IMG/VR virus record: IMGVR_UViG_3300028591_000078
Span: 174,366 to 238,365 of that record
Strand: one strand, 5' to 3'
DNA length: 64,000 nucleotides
DNA from: a virus
Taxonomy: Duplodnaviria > Caudoviricetes
The position numbers were made by a program, and so were the translations under genes. Shown here piece after piece: positions 10,895-20,932 of this stretch; positions within the stretch are counted from its first letter, which is position 1; each line of letters starts with the position of its first letter. The notes under the pieces were generated by a model. It was not told the origin of the DNA, searched no databases, and worked only from the letters and a program-made list of their open reading frames with translations.

Positions 10895-11820
10895 ACTGAG
10901 CGACCCCCTATTTCGAGAATTGCCTTGGTAAATGCAACCATTTCACCTCCGCAAACCTTCTCGATAGTCTTCTGATTGTTGAGATAAGATCCTACATATG
11001 CATCAGTAAGCATCTGAGCAAATGAGGGGAAGAGTTCAAGAGCAAATACTGTAGAAACTCCGAAGAGATACATCCACTTTTCAAGTATCATATCTATAGT
11101 AAGAGTTCCTACCTTAAGTACATCTGAAAGGCTCTCTACGAAGAACTTGATATTTGTGTAAGTATTTTCATTACACATCATATTTATAATCTCTTCTTCT
11201 CTTTCAGATATACCAGCTATCTTTCTAGCAACCTGACAAGTTCTTTCAGACTTAGCATCCTTTTCGAGTATGCATACCATATAATACATAGCACACATAT
11301 ACATAGCTCTAGCCTTAAGTCCAGGTATCGTAGATATCTTATGGATATATTCTAATACATGGCAGAAGAGCTTTCCGAAAGCCATAGCACCGGTATCACT
11401 GATAGTATAATTATTAGTGATTCTAGTAGGATCAAGATAGTATATAGTAGAAGTCATAGCAGAAACAATATATGATATCAGTACATCAGGATGATCACAT
11501 ACCCATACACCATTAGAATCATATACTACTCCTGATACATCTATAAAAGTTCTGATCTTCTTATCAGTTTTTATATCCTTACAAGTTACTACTTTGAACT
11601 GCTGGGATATAGACTGACCTGTACAGAGTACTACATTCTTAGACTTCAGAACCTGTACAAGAGAAGATGAAATCTGTCTCTTCTTTACGTCTATAAAGAC
11701 GTCTTCAAACTCCTTAGAGTTTACATCTATTCTTTCAGACCTCATAATGAAGTCCATAAGCTGCTTTTCATACTTAGGATATTTATTGTATAAAAAGGTA
11801 TTGGCAAATGATTTAGCCAC
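10891..11820 (-). CDS. Hypothetical late/virion protein
   Basis: GTG start with AGGAGG; late promoter at 11848-11859. Confidence 0.55.
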   Translation of the reverse strand: MAKSFANTFLYNKYPKYEKQLMDFIMRSERIDVNSKEFEDVFIDVKKRQISSSLVQVLKSKNVVLCTGQSISQQFKVVTCKDIKTDKKIRTFIDVSGVVYDSNGVWVCDHPDVLISYIVSAMTSTIYYLDPTRITNNYTISDTGAMAFGKLFCHVLEYIHKISTIPGLKARAMYMCAMYYMVCILEKDAKSERTCQVARKIAGISEREEEIINMMCNENTYTNIKFFVESLSDVLKVGTLTIDMILEKWMYLFGVSTVFALELFPSFAQMLTDAYVGSYLNNQKTIEKVCGGEMVAFTKAILEIGGRSV

Positions 11821-11847
11821 GATATTTCCCTCCTTTAGGAATTAGAT

Positions 11848-11859
11848 TACTTATATGTT
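11848..11859 (-). promoter_or_regulatory. Middle/late promoter AAC(A/T)-N6-TA (representative of about 17 sites)
   Basis: Also at 7166-7177(-), 16807(+), 19081(+), 21724(+), 21734-21745(-), 23745(+), 25176(+), 30719-30730(-), 31842-31853(-), 38629(+), 42340(+), 43466(+), 48539(+), 52723(+), 56285-56296(-), 56306(+), 58745(+), 62337(+); each intergenic and facing a gene or the candidate ncRNA. Confidence 0.8.
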
Positions 11860-11888
11860 TCGAGATGTAAAAGTAACCATTTTGACTG

Positions 11889-11898
11889 ATATATTATA
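11889..11898 (+). promoter_or_regulatory. Early promoter ATATA(T/C)TATA (representative)
   Basis: Also at 18621-18632(-), 38588-38601(-), 39075(+), 42355(+), 46689(+), 49125(+), 58642-58653(-), 58704(+), 63663(+); 18616-18640 and 58637-58661 are an identical 25-mer. Confidence 0.7.
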
Positions 11899-11949
11899 GT
11901 ATTGAATAGAGGTCAAACGGATCTCTAAAGTGTAAAGGAGGATCATATT

Positions 11950-13023
11950 ATGATTTACATGTGCAAAAAATGTGGGAACCTCATATTCGATAATGAGATT
12001 CCTGAACAGAAAGGTTTTCATGAGGTGAAAGAGGTATCATCCTGCTGCTCTGTCTATTCATGTAACTCTAATGAAATGATAGAGTTTGATGGCATCGAAA
12101 ATGTCCCGCAGGCTCTTCCTATGTTGCTCGCGATAGGGAAATCTAAACAGTTTCATCAGATGGCAATCTATGCGATGAAGACAATCCTCAAAACAAAGTG
12201 CATCTCATTACATGTTGAGATGAACTATAATGAGGATAAGGCTTCATATATTTATAAATATATGAAGTTAGCCATCGAAAAATTAAAAGCTATGCCTCAT
12301 ATATCTATCAAAGATTTCGGCTTTGAGAAAGATACAACGTATGATAGCAAGGGTAATGTACGTTGTATAACATCGTTTGATGCTTGTGTAAATGAGTCAT
12401 ATCAGAGCACAGCTGAAACATGGGCCGTGATAAACTCTCTTGTAGAAAAGAGTTTGGAATTTCTTACCATTGTTATCCTTAGCTGCATAGAGATAGATAA
12501 TAGCGATGACGTAGAAAAGGAATATGAAAAGCAGGAGAAAGACCTGCTTATATTGTTCCATGAGGAAACTCCTGAGAAGGAAAAGGCCAAGGAAGAAGTC
12601 GAAGAAAAGGTAGAAGAACCTGAACCTGAGTCTACTGTAGAGTCATGGAATCCTTTCGATGATCCTACTCCTAAGAAGGAAGAAGCTAAGGAAGAAGAGG
12701 CTGAACCTGAATCTGCTGAAGAGGAATGGAATCCTTTCATCGATAAAGAAGTCAAAGAACCGGAGCCTGCTCCTAAAAAGAAAAGAGCTAGCAGAGATGA
12801 GATATATGCTGCTCTTGATAAAGGATATACGAAGGAGCAGATAATGGAGGAGTTCAAGGTCAGCACAAAAACCTATAACAGGAGGAAAGAGGAATGGCTG
12901 GCCAAGAAGAAGGACAATATAAATGATGTGCCTGAAGCCAAAACATCTAAGGTTATACCTGAAATGGTTAAACCTAAAACTTCAGGCTACGAATGGAAGA
13001 AATTCAAACGGGAGGAAGACTAA
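11950..13023 (+). CDS. Early protein: N-terminal Zn ribbon, acidic linker, C-terminal HTH
   Basis: CKKC...CCSVYSC; RDEIYAALDKGYTKEQIMEEFKVSTKTYNRR; early motif at 11889. Confidence 0.55.
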   Translation: MIYMCKKCGNLIFDNEIPEQKGFHEVKEVSSCCSVYSCNSNEMIEFDGIENVPQALPMLLAIGKSKQFHQMAIYAMKTILKTKCISLHVEMNYNEDKASYIYKYMKLAIEKLKAMPHISIKDFGFEKDTTYDSKGNVRCITSFDACVNESYQSTAETWAVINSLVEKSLEFLTIVILSCIEIDNSDDVEKEYEKQEKDLLILFHEETPEKEKAKEEVEEKVEEPEPESTVESWNPFDDPTPKKEEAKEEEAEPESAEEEWNPFIDKEVKEPEPAPKKKRASRDEIYAALDKGYTKEQIMEEFKVSTKTYNRRKEEWLAKKKDNINDVPEAKTSKVIPEMVKPKTSGYEWKKFKREED

Positions 13024-13025
13024 GG

Positions 13026-13751
13026 ATGATTAAAATCAATATCGATGTATCAGAAGATATGGTCTTGAGAAAGATAATAGGAGAATCGATTCACAAATCC
13101 CTGGTAGGGTCTCCGGCTTACATTAATAATGAAATACTTCTTAATGTAGATGCCAGCCCAAATAATATCATTCTCATCGTTGGTAAAGATAATGAGAATG
13201 ATACTGAACTTAACGTTAAGTTCAGATCAATATCTAAGATAACTGAGGTAAACGAGGATACGTCAAAAGACTACAAGTTCAGCAATTTTAGTAATAAAAA
13301 TGAGGTTTTGCTGAATTCTATCTTTTCATCTATCACTGATGGCTTGCTCTCAGCACAAAATAAACGTGTGTTATCGACTTCTGATAAACCTCTGTGTTCT
13401 GGATGCTTTGAAGACAAGAATTCAGTGTGGGTTCAGAAATTCGTAATAGTATTCGATAAAGATCTTGAAGCAGCTATAGATAGACTGCTGATTGAATTCG
13501 GTACCAAAAATATATTATCTGAAAAATCTACAAGTGCATTTGAGTATGCACAGATGTCTGTAGATACGGGATATGCAAAGATAAAAGATGATGGTAACAC
13601 TATCTATATCTTCGTTGTTTCTAAACCTAAGAAGATGATTGGTGGGGATTTAGAGTTTTTGCAGAAAATACTCTACTCAACGATACATCGAATAATATCA
13701 TCGTTACCTGATAAGTTCTTCAATGATCATTACTCAGACTATTATGAGTAA
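13026..13751 (+). CDS. Hypothetical protein
   Basis: Start MIKINID after GGAGG; co-oriented with upstream gene. Confidence 0.55.
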   Translation: MIKINIDVSEDMVLRKIIGESIHKSLVGSPAYINNEILLNVDASPNNIILIVGKDNENDTELNVKFRSISKITEVNEDTSKDYKFSNFSNKNEVLLNSIFSSITDGLLSAQNKRVLSTSDKPLCSGCFEDKNSVWVQKFVIVFDKDLEAAIDRLLIEFGTKNILSEKSTSAFEYAQMSVDTGYAKIKDDGNTIYIFVVSKPKKMIGGDLEFLQKILYSTIHRIISSLPDKFFNDHYSDYYE

Positions 13752-13793
13752 TAAAAAATTAAAGGGTGGCTTAGCGCCGCCCTTATTTTTTTA

Positions 13794-14495
13794 TTAGAAT
13801 AGCTTGTTGAATCCTCTCTTGACTGTGTATATATTATAGTATAAGTATACAAGAGAGAAGAATGCCCTAGTACAAGCTTCAATGAATTGATATTCTTCCT
13901 GATTCTCAAAGTCAAGAAGATATTCATTGTATTCAGGTTTAACTTTACTGAGCTGTAATACTAAGCATCCATTTATAGATATACCTTTATTTACATAAAG
14001 CATATATCTATATGCTGCTAACTGTAAGAAGTACTTATATCCTACATGGTTAGAAGTCTTAAAGTCAATAAGATATACTTTATCATCTATAGATACAAGC
14101 ATATCATAAGTACCACCGAAATATGGACATACAAGTTTCTCTTCTTGTCCTAATATACTCACTTTATGATTCATATTGAGTTTATTCCACCATACCATGA
14201 ATGCTTGGAATGATATATTATCCTTGTCAACTTTATCTTTCTGATCTTCAGAGAAGAATTTCTCTATGTTACTATGAGCTGCTGTGCCTATATTAGAAGC
14301 TTCGGTCATTATATCTGCATATCTTTTATGCTTGACCAAACCCATATAGTTAGCCCATCCAAGAAGATCAGCCATATCTATAAAACTTAATATTTCTGTA
14401 ACTCTCGGTACTGGAATTCCATCAAAAGTATAATGTGGGTCTCTAATCTCCATAGGATTAGAGTCTATCATCTTAAGTATATCCTCATTTTTCAT
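13794..14495 (-). CDS. PD-(D/E)XK exonuclease (Cas4/RecB-like)
   Basis: PRVTEIL, GTAAH, GTYD...LIDFKTS, LQLAAY motifs. Confidence 0.85.
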   Translation of the reverse strand: MKNEDILKMIDSNPMEIRDPHYTFDGIPVPRVTEILSFIDMADLLGWANYMGLVKHKRYADIMTEASNIGTAAHSNIEKFFSEDQKDKVDKDNISFQAFMVWWNKLNMNHKVSILGQEEKLVCPYFGGTYDMLVSIDDKVYLIDFKTSNHVGYKYFLQLAAYRYMLYVNKGISINGCLVLQLSKVKPEYNEYLLDFENQEEYQFIEACTRAFFSLVYLYYNIYTVKRGFNKLF

Positions 14496-14587
14496 CCATA
14501 TTACCTCCGAATTTATTACTAAAAGTTGATGGACATGCAAAAAATAAACATGGCATGAAAGCCATGTTTATTTATATTCCTCCTCTC

Positions 14588-15607
14588 TTACGGCATCTGA
14601 ATACCATATGTATTGAGAAGCTCTACAGCTGCATCATAACGTTTCTTGGCTTTTTCGGCAGACTGATATTTCTTGCAGAAATCTGAATCATAGTTCCACT
14701 GGTATACAAATAAGTATTCTGCTTTTGCTTCTCTCTGAAGTTTCTTTGGCAGCTTAAGCAGATTTGGATATCTAAGCGGAGGCTTATTAATATGATAGCC
14801 ACCTCTATAGTCAGCGTTTATCTGCATAAAGTCAGTACCCGCAAATTCACCTGTTTTCCAGGACATATATGTCACCTTATCTTCCTCTTTTTTAGGAGTC
14901 GACTCTGTATGTGAAGATGAAGTCTGAGCAGCCCTAAATTCAGACTCCCTACGCATAAGTGTGGTATTAGAAATACCATACTTAGTACATATCTCCTTAC
15001 GAGGAGTACCCTTGCGAAGTTCTTCATAGATTAGCCCTTTGTCTACAAGAGTGTGCTTCTTCTTAGGAGGGGTAGATACTTCTGTAGGAGTTACATCTAT
15101 AACAGGTGCTATAGATGTAGTCTCTATAGTGACAGGAGCAATCTCTTCTACTACTTCAGGTTTAGTAATATCTTTGAGGATATTACGCTTGTTGGAAATT
15201 ACAGGATCTCCATTAAGCTCTGATAGAGCCTGATCGAGCTGATCTTTAAGCAACTTTATAGCTTTCATTGTCGGAGCTTTGAGAGCTTCCTGATGAGGTG
15301 ATACAGTTACATCTCCCACTTCTACTGTAATCATCTGCATTACCAGGAGTTCTCTGAGTGTATCACTCTCATCAGCATACCACACTCTATTCTTCACGTT
15401 AAATGATGAGAGTGACTTCTGTGGGACAATCCAAATTACTCCAAGGAATTTGGACACCCAACTGGGAGACAGAACCACATAAGGTCTACCAGCTTTCTTT
15501 GCCAGGATTGTGGTGTTATCCTGGCTGCGAATATCGAGCTCTTTCTTAAACAGAGAGCCTTCTTTAGGGAACACTAAAGTTCCCGGGTAAATAGTTGTAT
15601 TTGTCAT
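14588..15607 (-). CDS. PemK/MazF-like fold fused to HTH
   Basis: GRPYVVLSPSWVSKFLGVIWIVPQKS...LVMQMITV; HTH IYEELRKGTPRKEICTKYGISNTTL. Confidence 0.5.
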   Translation of the reverse strand: MTNTTIYPGTLVFPKEGSLFKKELDIRSQDNTTILAKKAGRPYVVLSPSWVSKFLGVIWIVPQKSLSSFNVKNRVWYADESDTLRELLVMQMITVEVGDVTVSPHQEALKAPTMKAIKLLKDQLDQALSELNGDPVISNKRNILKDITKPEVVEEIAPVTIETTSIAPVIDVTPTEVSTPPKKKHTLVDKGLIYEELRKGTPRKEICTKYGISNTTLMRRESEFRAAQTSSSHTESTPKKEEDKVTYMSWKTGEFAGTDFMQINADYRGGYHINKPPLRYPNLLKLPKKLQREAKAEYLFVYQWNYDSDFCKKYQSAEKAKKRYDAAVELLNTYGIQMP

Positions 15608-15621
15608 TTTGAAATCCTCCC

Positions 15622-16707
15622 TTATCCTTGAGATTTATATTTGTCATCTATATACTCTTTTGCCGAATTGTATATATCTGTAAAAGAGTACTGGTGCATA
15701 TAATAACTATAGCTTACTCCATCATTCATTATGGATTCTCTCGAACAGCCTCTAAGTGATGTCATTCGATGTTTTGATTGTTGTTTAGACAACCTCTTGA
15801 TTTCATCCCTGATGCTCTCAGCTTCGCACCTATGAAGCCATAAATATTGATCAAGAGCTTCTTGCTTTGCTTTCTGGGCTTTGTACTTTTCTTCCTGCTC
15901 TTTTTCAAAGAGCTCTCTTTCAGCCTTCTCAGAAAGCTTCTTGGTCGCTAAAGCATCTTTTAAAGATGCAAAGTTTTCTTCAGTAATACAATTACCAAAG
16001 AATTTATATATCTCTTCACATTCCTTTCTTTTAGCTTTCCAACCATCAGGGATTGGAAATGCAAAGTCCCAGAAACTTAAAGAGTAGACATACTTTTGTT
16101 TCATCTTCTTATACTCTTCACCATTATTAGCAAAGAGATATTCTAGATGTATTATGTCATTCCTACTCAGCATGCTGGTATCTTGTGGCATCTCTCCACG
16201 ATCTAAACAATCACGGATTGCATTATTTTCCCGAACTACTTTATCTTCGATGTAATTTAAATAATCTTTGTTAGAGTATTTCAGGGTAAATTTGAAATTA
16301 TATGGAACTGTTATTGCTCCGATTCCGATAAGAGCAGTAATATACTCCAGAGTATTCAACTCCTCATCGATCGAGTTGAAATTATACGGAGTTTTATTAT
16401 TATTGAAGTGATCAAGAACCTTCAATGTTTTTGGGAGTTCTTCGTTGCAGAATTCCTTTAGAGTGCCGCTATATCTAGCGGCCAACGGGAGTAGAAATGT
16501 GGCCTGGAGTATTTTCTTCTTAATACTATTTACATCATTAGTATTAGACATATCTTGATCGCCTGTACGATATCTTCTCCACATTATATCGTAAAACTTA
16601 TTGATCATGTATGTCAAATTTACATTTAGATCCATGCAAGCTTCTATTAGTGTTATATCTCCCAATTTGGCTATGCATTTTTTTAGGTCTATACTTACAG
16701 TTTCCAT
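15622..16707 (-). CDS. Hypothetical early protein
   Basis: 361-aa ORF with AAGGAG RBS. Confidence 0.6.
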   Translation of the reverse strand: METVSIDLKKCIAKLGDITLIEACMDLNVNLTYMINKFYDIMWRRYRTGDQDMSNTNDVNSIKKKILQATFLLPLAARYSGTLKEFCNEELPKTLKVLDHFNNNKTPYNFNSIDEELNTLEYITALIGIGAITVPYNFKFTLKYSNKDYLNYIEDKVVRENNAIRDCLDRGEMPQDTSMLSRNDIIHLEYLFANNGEEYKKMKQKYVYSLSFWDFAFPIPDGWKAKRKECEEIYKFFGNCITEENFASLKDALATKKLSEKAERELFEKEQEEKYKAQKAKQEALDQYLWLHRCEAESIRDEIKRLSKQQSKHRMTSLRGCSRESIMNDGVSYSYYMHQYSFTDIYNSAKEYIDDKYKSQG

Positions 16708-16843
16708 AGTATGACTTTACTCCTTTCGGTTTTGTAATATGAGTTGACAATCTCATATCCACCTATATATTATATAAATGAAAATATCGAGTTTAACTAA
16801 TCTTAAAACTTACCAGTAATAATGGAAAGGGAGTCTTATACTT

Positions 16844-18007
16844 ATGAATTTTGGTATGAATCCGTTCATTCATATTGATGCAGAACCAGTAAAGAGAGGA
16901 ACCTTAACAGAGGTTCATATTTCAGATATTCACTTTGGTGTATTTGATCCCAAGGTTCAATTTGATATATTATCAGAGCAATTCTTAGCAAAGATTGCTC
17001 CATTACATTTCGATGTAGTATCTGTAGATGGAGATCTATTTGACCACAAGTTTTTATCAAATTCAGATGCAGTAATGTATGCAACTAAGTTTGTTGAAGC
17101 ATTGGTGTGGTTATGTAGAGGCAATGGTGCTACTTTAGTATTACTCCATGGGACAGAGTCTCATGATGCTAGACAGTTAAAATTATTCTATCACTATCTT
17201 GGAACTCCAGGATTAGATATAAGAATAGTAGAAACTGCAAGGTTTGAAGATATAAAAGGTATGAGAGTATTATGCTTACCCGAAGAATATGGAAAAGGTA
17301 AAGCATATTATCAGAGATTCTTATATGGGTCAGGACTCTATGATACTGTGTTTATGCATGGTAATCTTAAAGGTGGATTATTTGGAGCAAATGAAGAAGA
17401 TCTTGATGCAGTTAAGAATCCTACATTTGATATTAATAGCTTTGGATTATGTACAGGTCCTATAATTGCAGGGCATGTACACATAGCAGGATGTTTTGAT
17501 AAGTATATGTATTATAATGGATCTCCATATAGATGGAACTTTGGTGAAGAACAGCCTAAGGGATTCATGATAATACTTCATAATCTAGATACTGGTGAGC
17601 ATTATGCTCACTTTGAAGAGATTACATCATTTAGATATGATACAATCAATCTAGATAATATGGTGAACTCTGATCCTAAACAAGTAGTAGAATATATCAG
17701 ACAATTACAAGCTTCTGGTATTGATAATATTCGTGTAGAGTTCACTATGGGTGAAGCTGAGTGGTTAGAGATAATCCAAAATTATTATAAAAATAACCCT
17801 ACAATAAAGATCAAGGCAGACACTGCCTCAGTACGTGAACAAGCTAAACAGGAAATTGAGTTCGAGGAAAAATATAAACAGTATGAATATATACTTGATA
17901 CAAGTTTATCTCCACAAGAGATACTCTGTAGGTATATAAATCAGAATAAGGGATATGTTTATATCACTGCCGAAGAACTTATTAAGATCTTGGAAGACGA
18001 GACCTGA
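16844..18007 (+). CDS. sbcD: SbcD/Mre11-like metallophosphoesterase nuclease
   Basis: ISDIHFG, GDLFD, GTESHD, GHVH motifs. Confidence 0.85.
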   Translation: MNFGMNPFIHIDAEPVKRGTLTEVHISDIHFGVFDPKVQFDILSEQFLAKIAPLHFDVVSVDGDLFDHKFLSNSDAVMYATKFVEALVWLCRGNGATLVLLHGTESHDARQLKLFYHYLGTPGLDIRIVETARFEDIKGMRVLCLPEEYGKGKAYYQRFLYGSGLYDTVFMHGNLKGGLFGANEEDLDAVKNPTFDINSFGLCTGPIIAGHVHIAGCFDKYMYYNGSPYRWNFGEEQPKGFMIILHNLDTGEHYAHFEEITSFRYDTINLDNMVNSDPKQVVEYIRQLQASGIDNIRVEFTMGEAEWLEIIQNYYKNNPTIKIKADTASVREQAKQEIEFEEKYKQYEYILDTSLSPQEILCRYINQNKGYVYITAEELIKILEDET

Positions 18008-18023
18008 AATCTTCCAAGATCTT
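17984..18023 (+). terminator. Hairpin overlapping the sbcD stop
   Basis: 14-bp stem aagatcttggaaga/tcttccaagatctt followed by TT. Confidence 0.5.
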
Positions 18024-18054
18024 TTGTGTGTGTTGATAGCCTGATAAGCAGTTT

Positions 18055-18140
18055 CATTTTCATTAACCCATAAAGACAGCAGTCAAGCCTCCTGATCTTT
18101 TCAAGTTTCCTATATATTTTGCTAAGTTTAAAAGTTTAAC
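18055..18140 (-). pseudogene. Orphan relic of an adhesin-family 5' end (leader plus first codons)
   Basis: 24-nt exact match to the start of 24420/32873 but CTG replaces ATG; AGGAGG RBS; degenerate class-A leader and half palindrome. Confidence 0.65.
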
Positions 18141-18236
18141 ACTTTACGCTTCTGATTTCTAAAGCGTATTGTGCTAGGGATTTTCATTCAGTTTTGCCCT
18201 GGCGGGCAATACGTTGGGGTCTTTAGCGTAAAAAAT

Positions 18237-18260
18237 AACCGTGGGAGAGATCCCACGGTT
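18237..18260. terminator. Bidirectional intrinsic terminator
   Basis: aaccgtggga-gaga-tcccacggtt flanked by A and T tracts. Confidence 0.75.
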
Positions 18261-18267
18261 TTCTTTT

Positions 18268-18594
18268 TTATGCTGGATATGTACCAGCATAAACATTTTG
18301 CATCATCTTGGTATTTTCGATCCTTATCAGATCGAGTAAGAATGCAAGCTGCTGTCTGAACCTGTATCCTCTGATTGTAAGAGGACTCGATAATTTCCAG
18401 AGCTCTCTATAATATCTAGAGTTCTGGATAGATGCTTTGTCTCGCATCCACTTTGTAAGCATATCAATATTCTCTATATTGATATACTTACAGAGTACAG
18501 GAAGAGTGTAATTTATGTAATCTTCCTGATTAGACTTGGTGCCGATTCTCACCAAGTCATCAAATGCGTCAGCTAAGGCTTTTTCTTTAGTCAT
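18268..18594 (-). CDS. Hypothetical early protein
   Basis: Start MTKEKAL after AAGGAG; early motif at 18621-18632. Confidence 0.6.
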   Translation of the reverse strand: MTKEKALADAFDDLVRIGTKSNQEDYINYTLPVLCKYINIENIDMLTKWMRDKASIQNSRYYRELWKLSSPLTIRGYRFRQQLAFLLDLIRIENTKMMQNVYAGTYPA

Positions 18595-18700
18595 TTTATC
18601 AACTCCTTTCATGACCACTATTATAATATATAATTGAAATCTTCTAGAGTTGCAAAAGACGTCCATGGCTATATTAGCCATGGACAATATATTGTATGTC

Positions 18701-18964
18701 TTAATTAACTACGTCAAAATACTCTGAAATCAGATCGAAGTTAAAATACTCCAGATCAGCATTCAGAATAACTTCACATATATCTCCTTTTCGGAGAACT
18801 AAAGAAAGAAGTCCTAAGAGACTTTTGGCATTGCAAGTTCTAGACTCGCCCTGTTTTTTGAGATATATTGCAGATCCATTCGGCACTTTGTTGAATGCAC
18901 TGCATACTTCAGAAGCACATCGACGTGTTATATCTACTTTGCAAATAAGTGTCTTTGTTATCAA
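18701..18964 (-). CDS. HPr/Crh-like protein lacking His15
   Basis: NAKSLLGLLSL Ser46 signature and RKGDI; 87 aa; ITRRCA replaces LHARPA; TTG start. Confidence 0.7.
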   Translation of the reverse strand: MITKTLICKVDITRRCASEVCSAFNKVPNGSAIYLKKQGESRTCNAKSLLGLLSLVLRKGDICEVILNADLEYFNFDLISEYFDVVN

Positions 18965-19114
18965 ATCTTATCTCTCCTTTCTTATTGTTATGTTATGTTA
19001 TTACGTGTTATCTATTATTCATAATTCTACCAATTTAGATCGAATTATGAATGGAAAGTATTGAAAATAATCATTATATAAACAGTATAGTACAGGAAAA
19101 TCTAAGTGTAAAGG

Positions 19115-20908
19115 ATGGTACTGTTTGATATGGAAATATCAGTGAGGGAGAAATATAAAAGTAATAAAACTCCGACTAAAAATAAGCCAAAGTCGGATGT
19201 AGATTTCTCATTGTTTATGCTTCAAACTATCTGTGATTATACAGTTAGTGAGAATAGAAATATAAGAAAAAGTCAATTGATGTCTCTGAGAAAGCTTATG
19301 GGTATATTAGATATACCTGGAAAATATATGCAAGATGCTCAGAGAATGGATAAGATAGATTTCATCAATAAAGCTTTAACAGCTAGAATTGATTTAAATC
19401 TTAAAGATAGAAATATGATATTAACGTATGTATTGGGTTCTAGTGTAGATCCTAATACATATGGGCCAGATAAACTGGATAATGACTCATTGAATTGGGT
19501 TAATGACACAGTTACCGAGGCACTTAAAGATAGTTTCATATGTGAGGACATAGATGTCCTTGCAGGAATATTAGACGAGTTCAAATCGACCGAATATAAA
19601 GATAGAGGTCCGGTTGTAAAGAGACTTGAAGCTGCGATTGTAGATATGAACAATAAGTTCAGAAATGCAAGAGTAGAAAGAACAAGTGAGTCTATATTCA
19701 GTTTACGAGAAGGAGTCTTTGAAGATTGTGTAAAAGACTTCCATGATCAATTAATGAATCCTGCCAATAAGTTAATGACTGGAATGGTAGGATTGAATGA
19801 GATGCTTGCAGGTGGATTTGAGTCAGGAAGAACTTATATGCTATTCGGCCTTCCTGGTGAGGGTAAGTCTACAAGTATGCTTGATATAGCATATCAGATT
19901 AAGAAATATAACAGAAACTTCAAGACAAAGGATCCGACTAAGATACCTTGTGTAGTATTATTAACAATGGAAAACTCTCCAAGAGAGAGTTTTGAAAGAT
20001 TGTTTAATATGGCAGGTAGTACTGATGATATAATCAACTACTCTGCAGATGAAGTAATACAGTTATTGAGAACGAATGGTGAATTATATCTGTCAGATGA
20101 TAACCCGATAGATATAATAATCAAATATGTTCCAGGTAATAGTGTAGATACAAGTTATCTGTATACATTAACTGAAGATCTCGAAGATGAGGGATATGAA
20201 GTTATATGTATGATACAAGATTATGTAAAGAAGATTAACTCAACTAACTTTCATTCATCTCAGGAAGTTAGACTTGAGTTAGGAGCAGTGGTAAATGAGT
20301 TTAAGTCATTTGCAATTGCAAAAGATATTCCGATCATATCTGCATCTCAGTTGAATAGAGATGCCACTAAGCATATAGATGAGGGTAGAAAATCTACTAA
20401 AGCTGATCTTGTTAGACTTCTTGGAAGGTCTAATATAGGTGAGTCAATGTTAATGCTTGAAAATATAGATGCGGCATTTATGATAGCGCCAGAATGGACT
20501 GAGAATAATACTCATAAATATCTTGGTATTCAGAGTATTAAAGCTCGTTATAAGACATCTGGTAGACAGTATATCTATCAGCCATATGTACCTGGTAATT
20601 CAATCAAGTTGGTTGAAGATCTTTATATGGCAGAGCCTGCATTCAAGGATTCTCTTGCTGTAGCAGCAAAGATGAATGTTGGAACAGTTGCAGGTATAGC
20701 AAGTAAGAGTGGATATATGATCAATGATATTACTGATCTTGGAACTCAGAAGCTTGGTAAGACTACTAATATATTTGAGTCTAGCAATGCAATTACTATT
20801 GCAGACTTTGATGATGAAGAAGATGATGAGATTGAGATGAGAGTAAGGCCTTATTATAATCCTTATATGGAAAGAGAAATTATCAATCCATTCATCCATG
20901 TAGCATAA
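19115..20908 (+). CDS. dnaB: DnaB-like replicative helicase
   Basis: GLNEMLAGG, Walker A GLPGEGKS, QDYV, SASQLNR. Confidence 0.9.
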   Translation: MVLFDMEISVREKYKSNKTPTKNKPKSDVDFSLFMLQTICDYTVSENRNIRKSQLMSLRKLMGILDIPGKYMQDAQRMDKIDFINKALTARIDLNLKDRNMILTYVLGSSVDPNTYGPDKLDNDSLNWVNDTVTEALKDSFICEDIDVLAGILDEFKSTEYKDRGPVVKRLEAAIVDMNNKFRNARVERTSESIFSLREGVFEDCVKDFHDQLMNPANKLMTGMVGLNEMLAGGFESGRTYMLFGLPGEGKSTSMLDIAYQIKKYNRNFKTKDPTKIPCVVLLTMENSPRESFERLFNMAGSTDDIINYSADEVIQLLRTNGELYLSDDNPIDIIIKYVPGNSVDTSYLYTLTEDLEDEGYEVICMIQDYVKKINSTNFHSSQEVRLELGAVVNEFKSFAIAKDIPIISASQLNRDATKHIDEGRKSTKADLVRLLGRSNIGESMLMLENIDAAFMIAPEWTENNTHKYLGIQSIKARYKTSGRQYIYQPYVPGNSIKLVEDLYMAEPAFKDSLAVAAKMNVGTVAGIASKSGYMINDITDLGTQKLGKTTNIFESSNAITIADFDDEEDDEIEMRVRPYYNPYMEREIINPFIHVA

Positions 20909-20932
20909 AAAGTAACCTCTAGGCATTATAGC

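Noticed and set aside
13826-13842. Early promoter-like TATATATTATAG
   Set aside because: It lies inside the nuclease coding region on the opposite strand with no downstream plus-strand gene; probably chance in AT-rich DNA.
13794-14495. Cas4 of a CRISPR system
   Set aside because: No four-Cys Fe-S cluster pattern, no cas neighbours and no array; a generic phage PD-(D/E)XK nuclease fits better.
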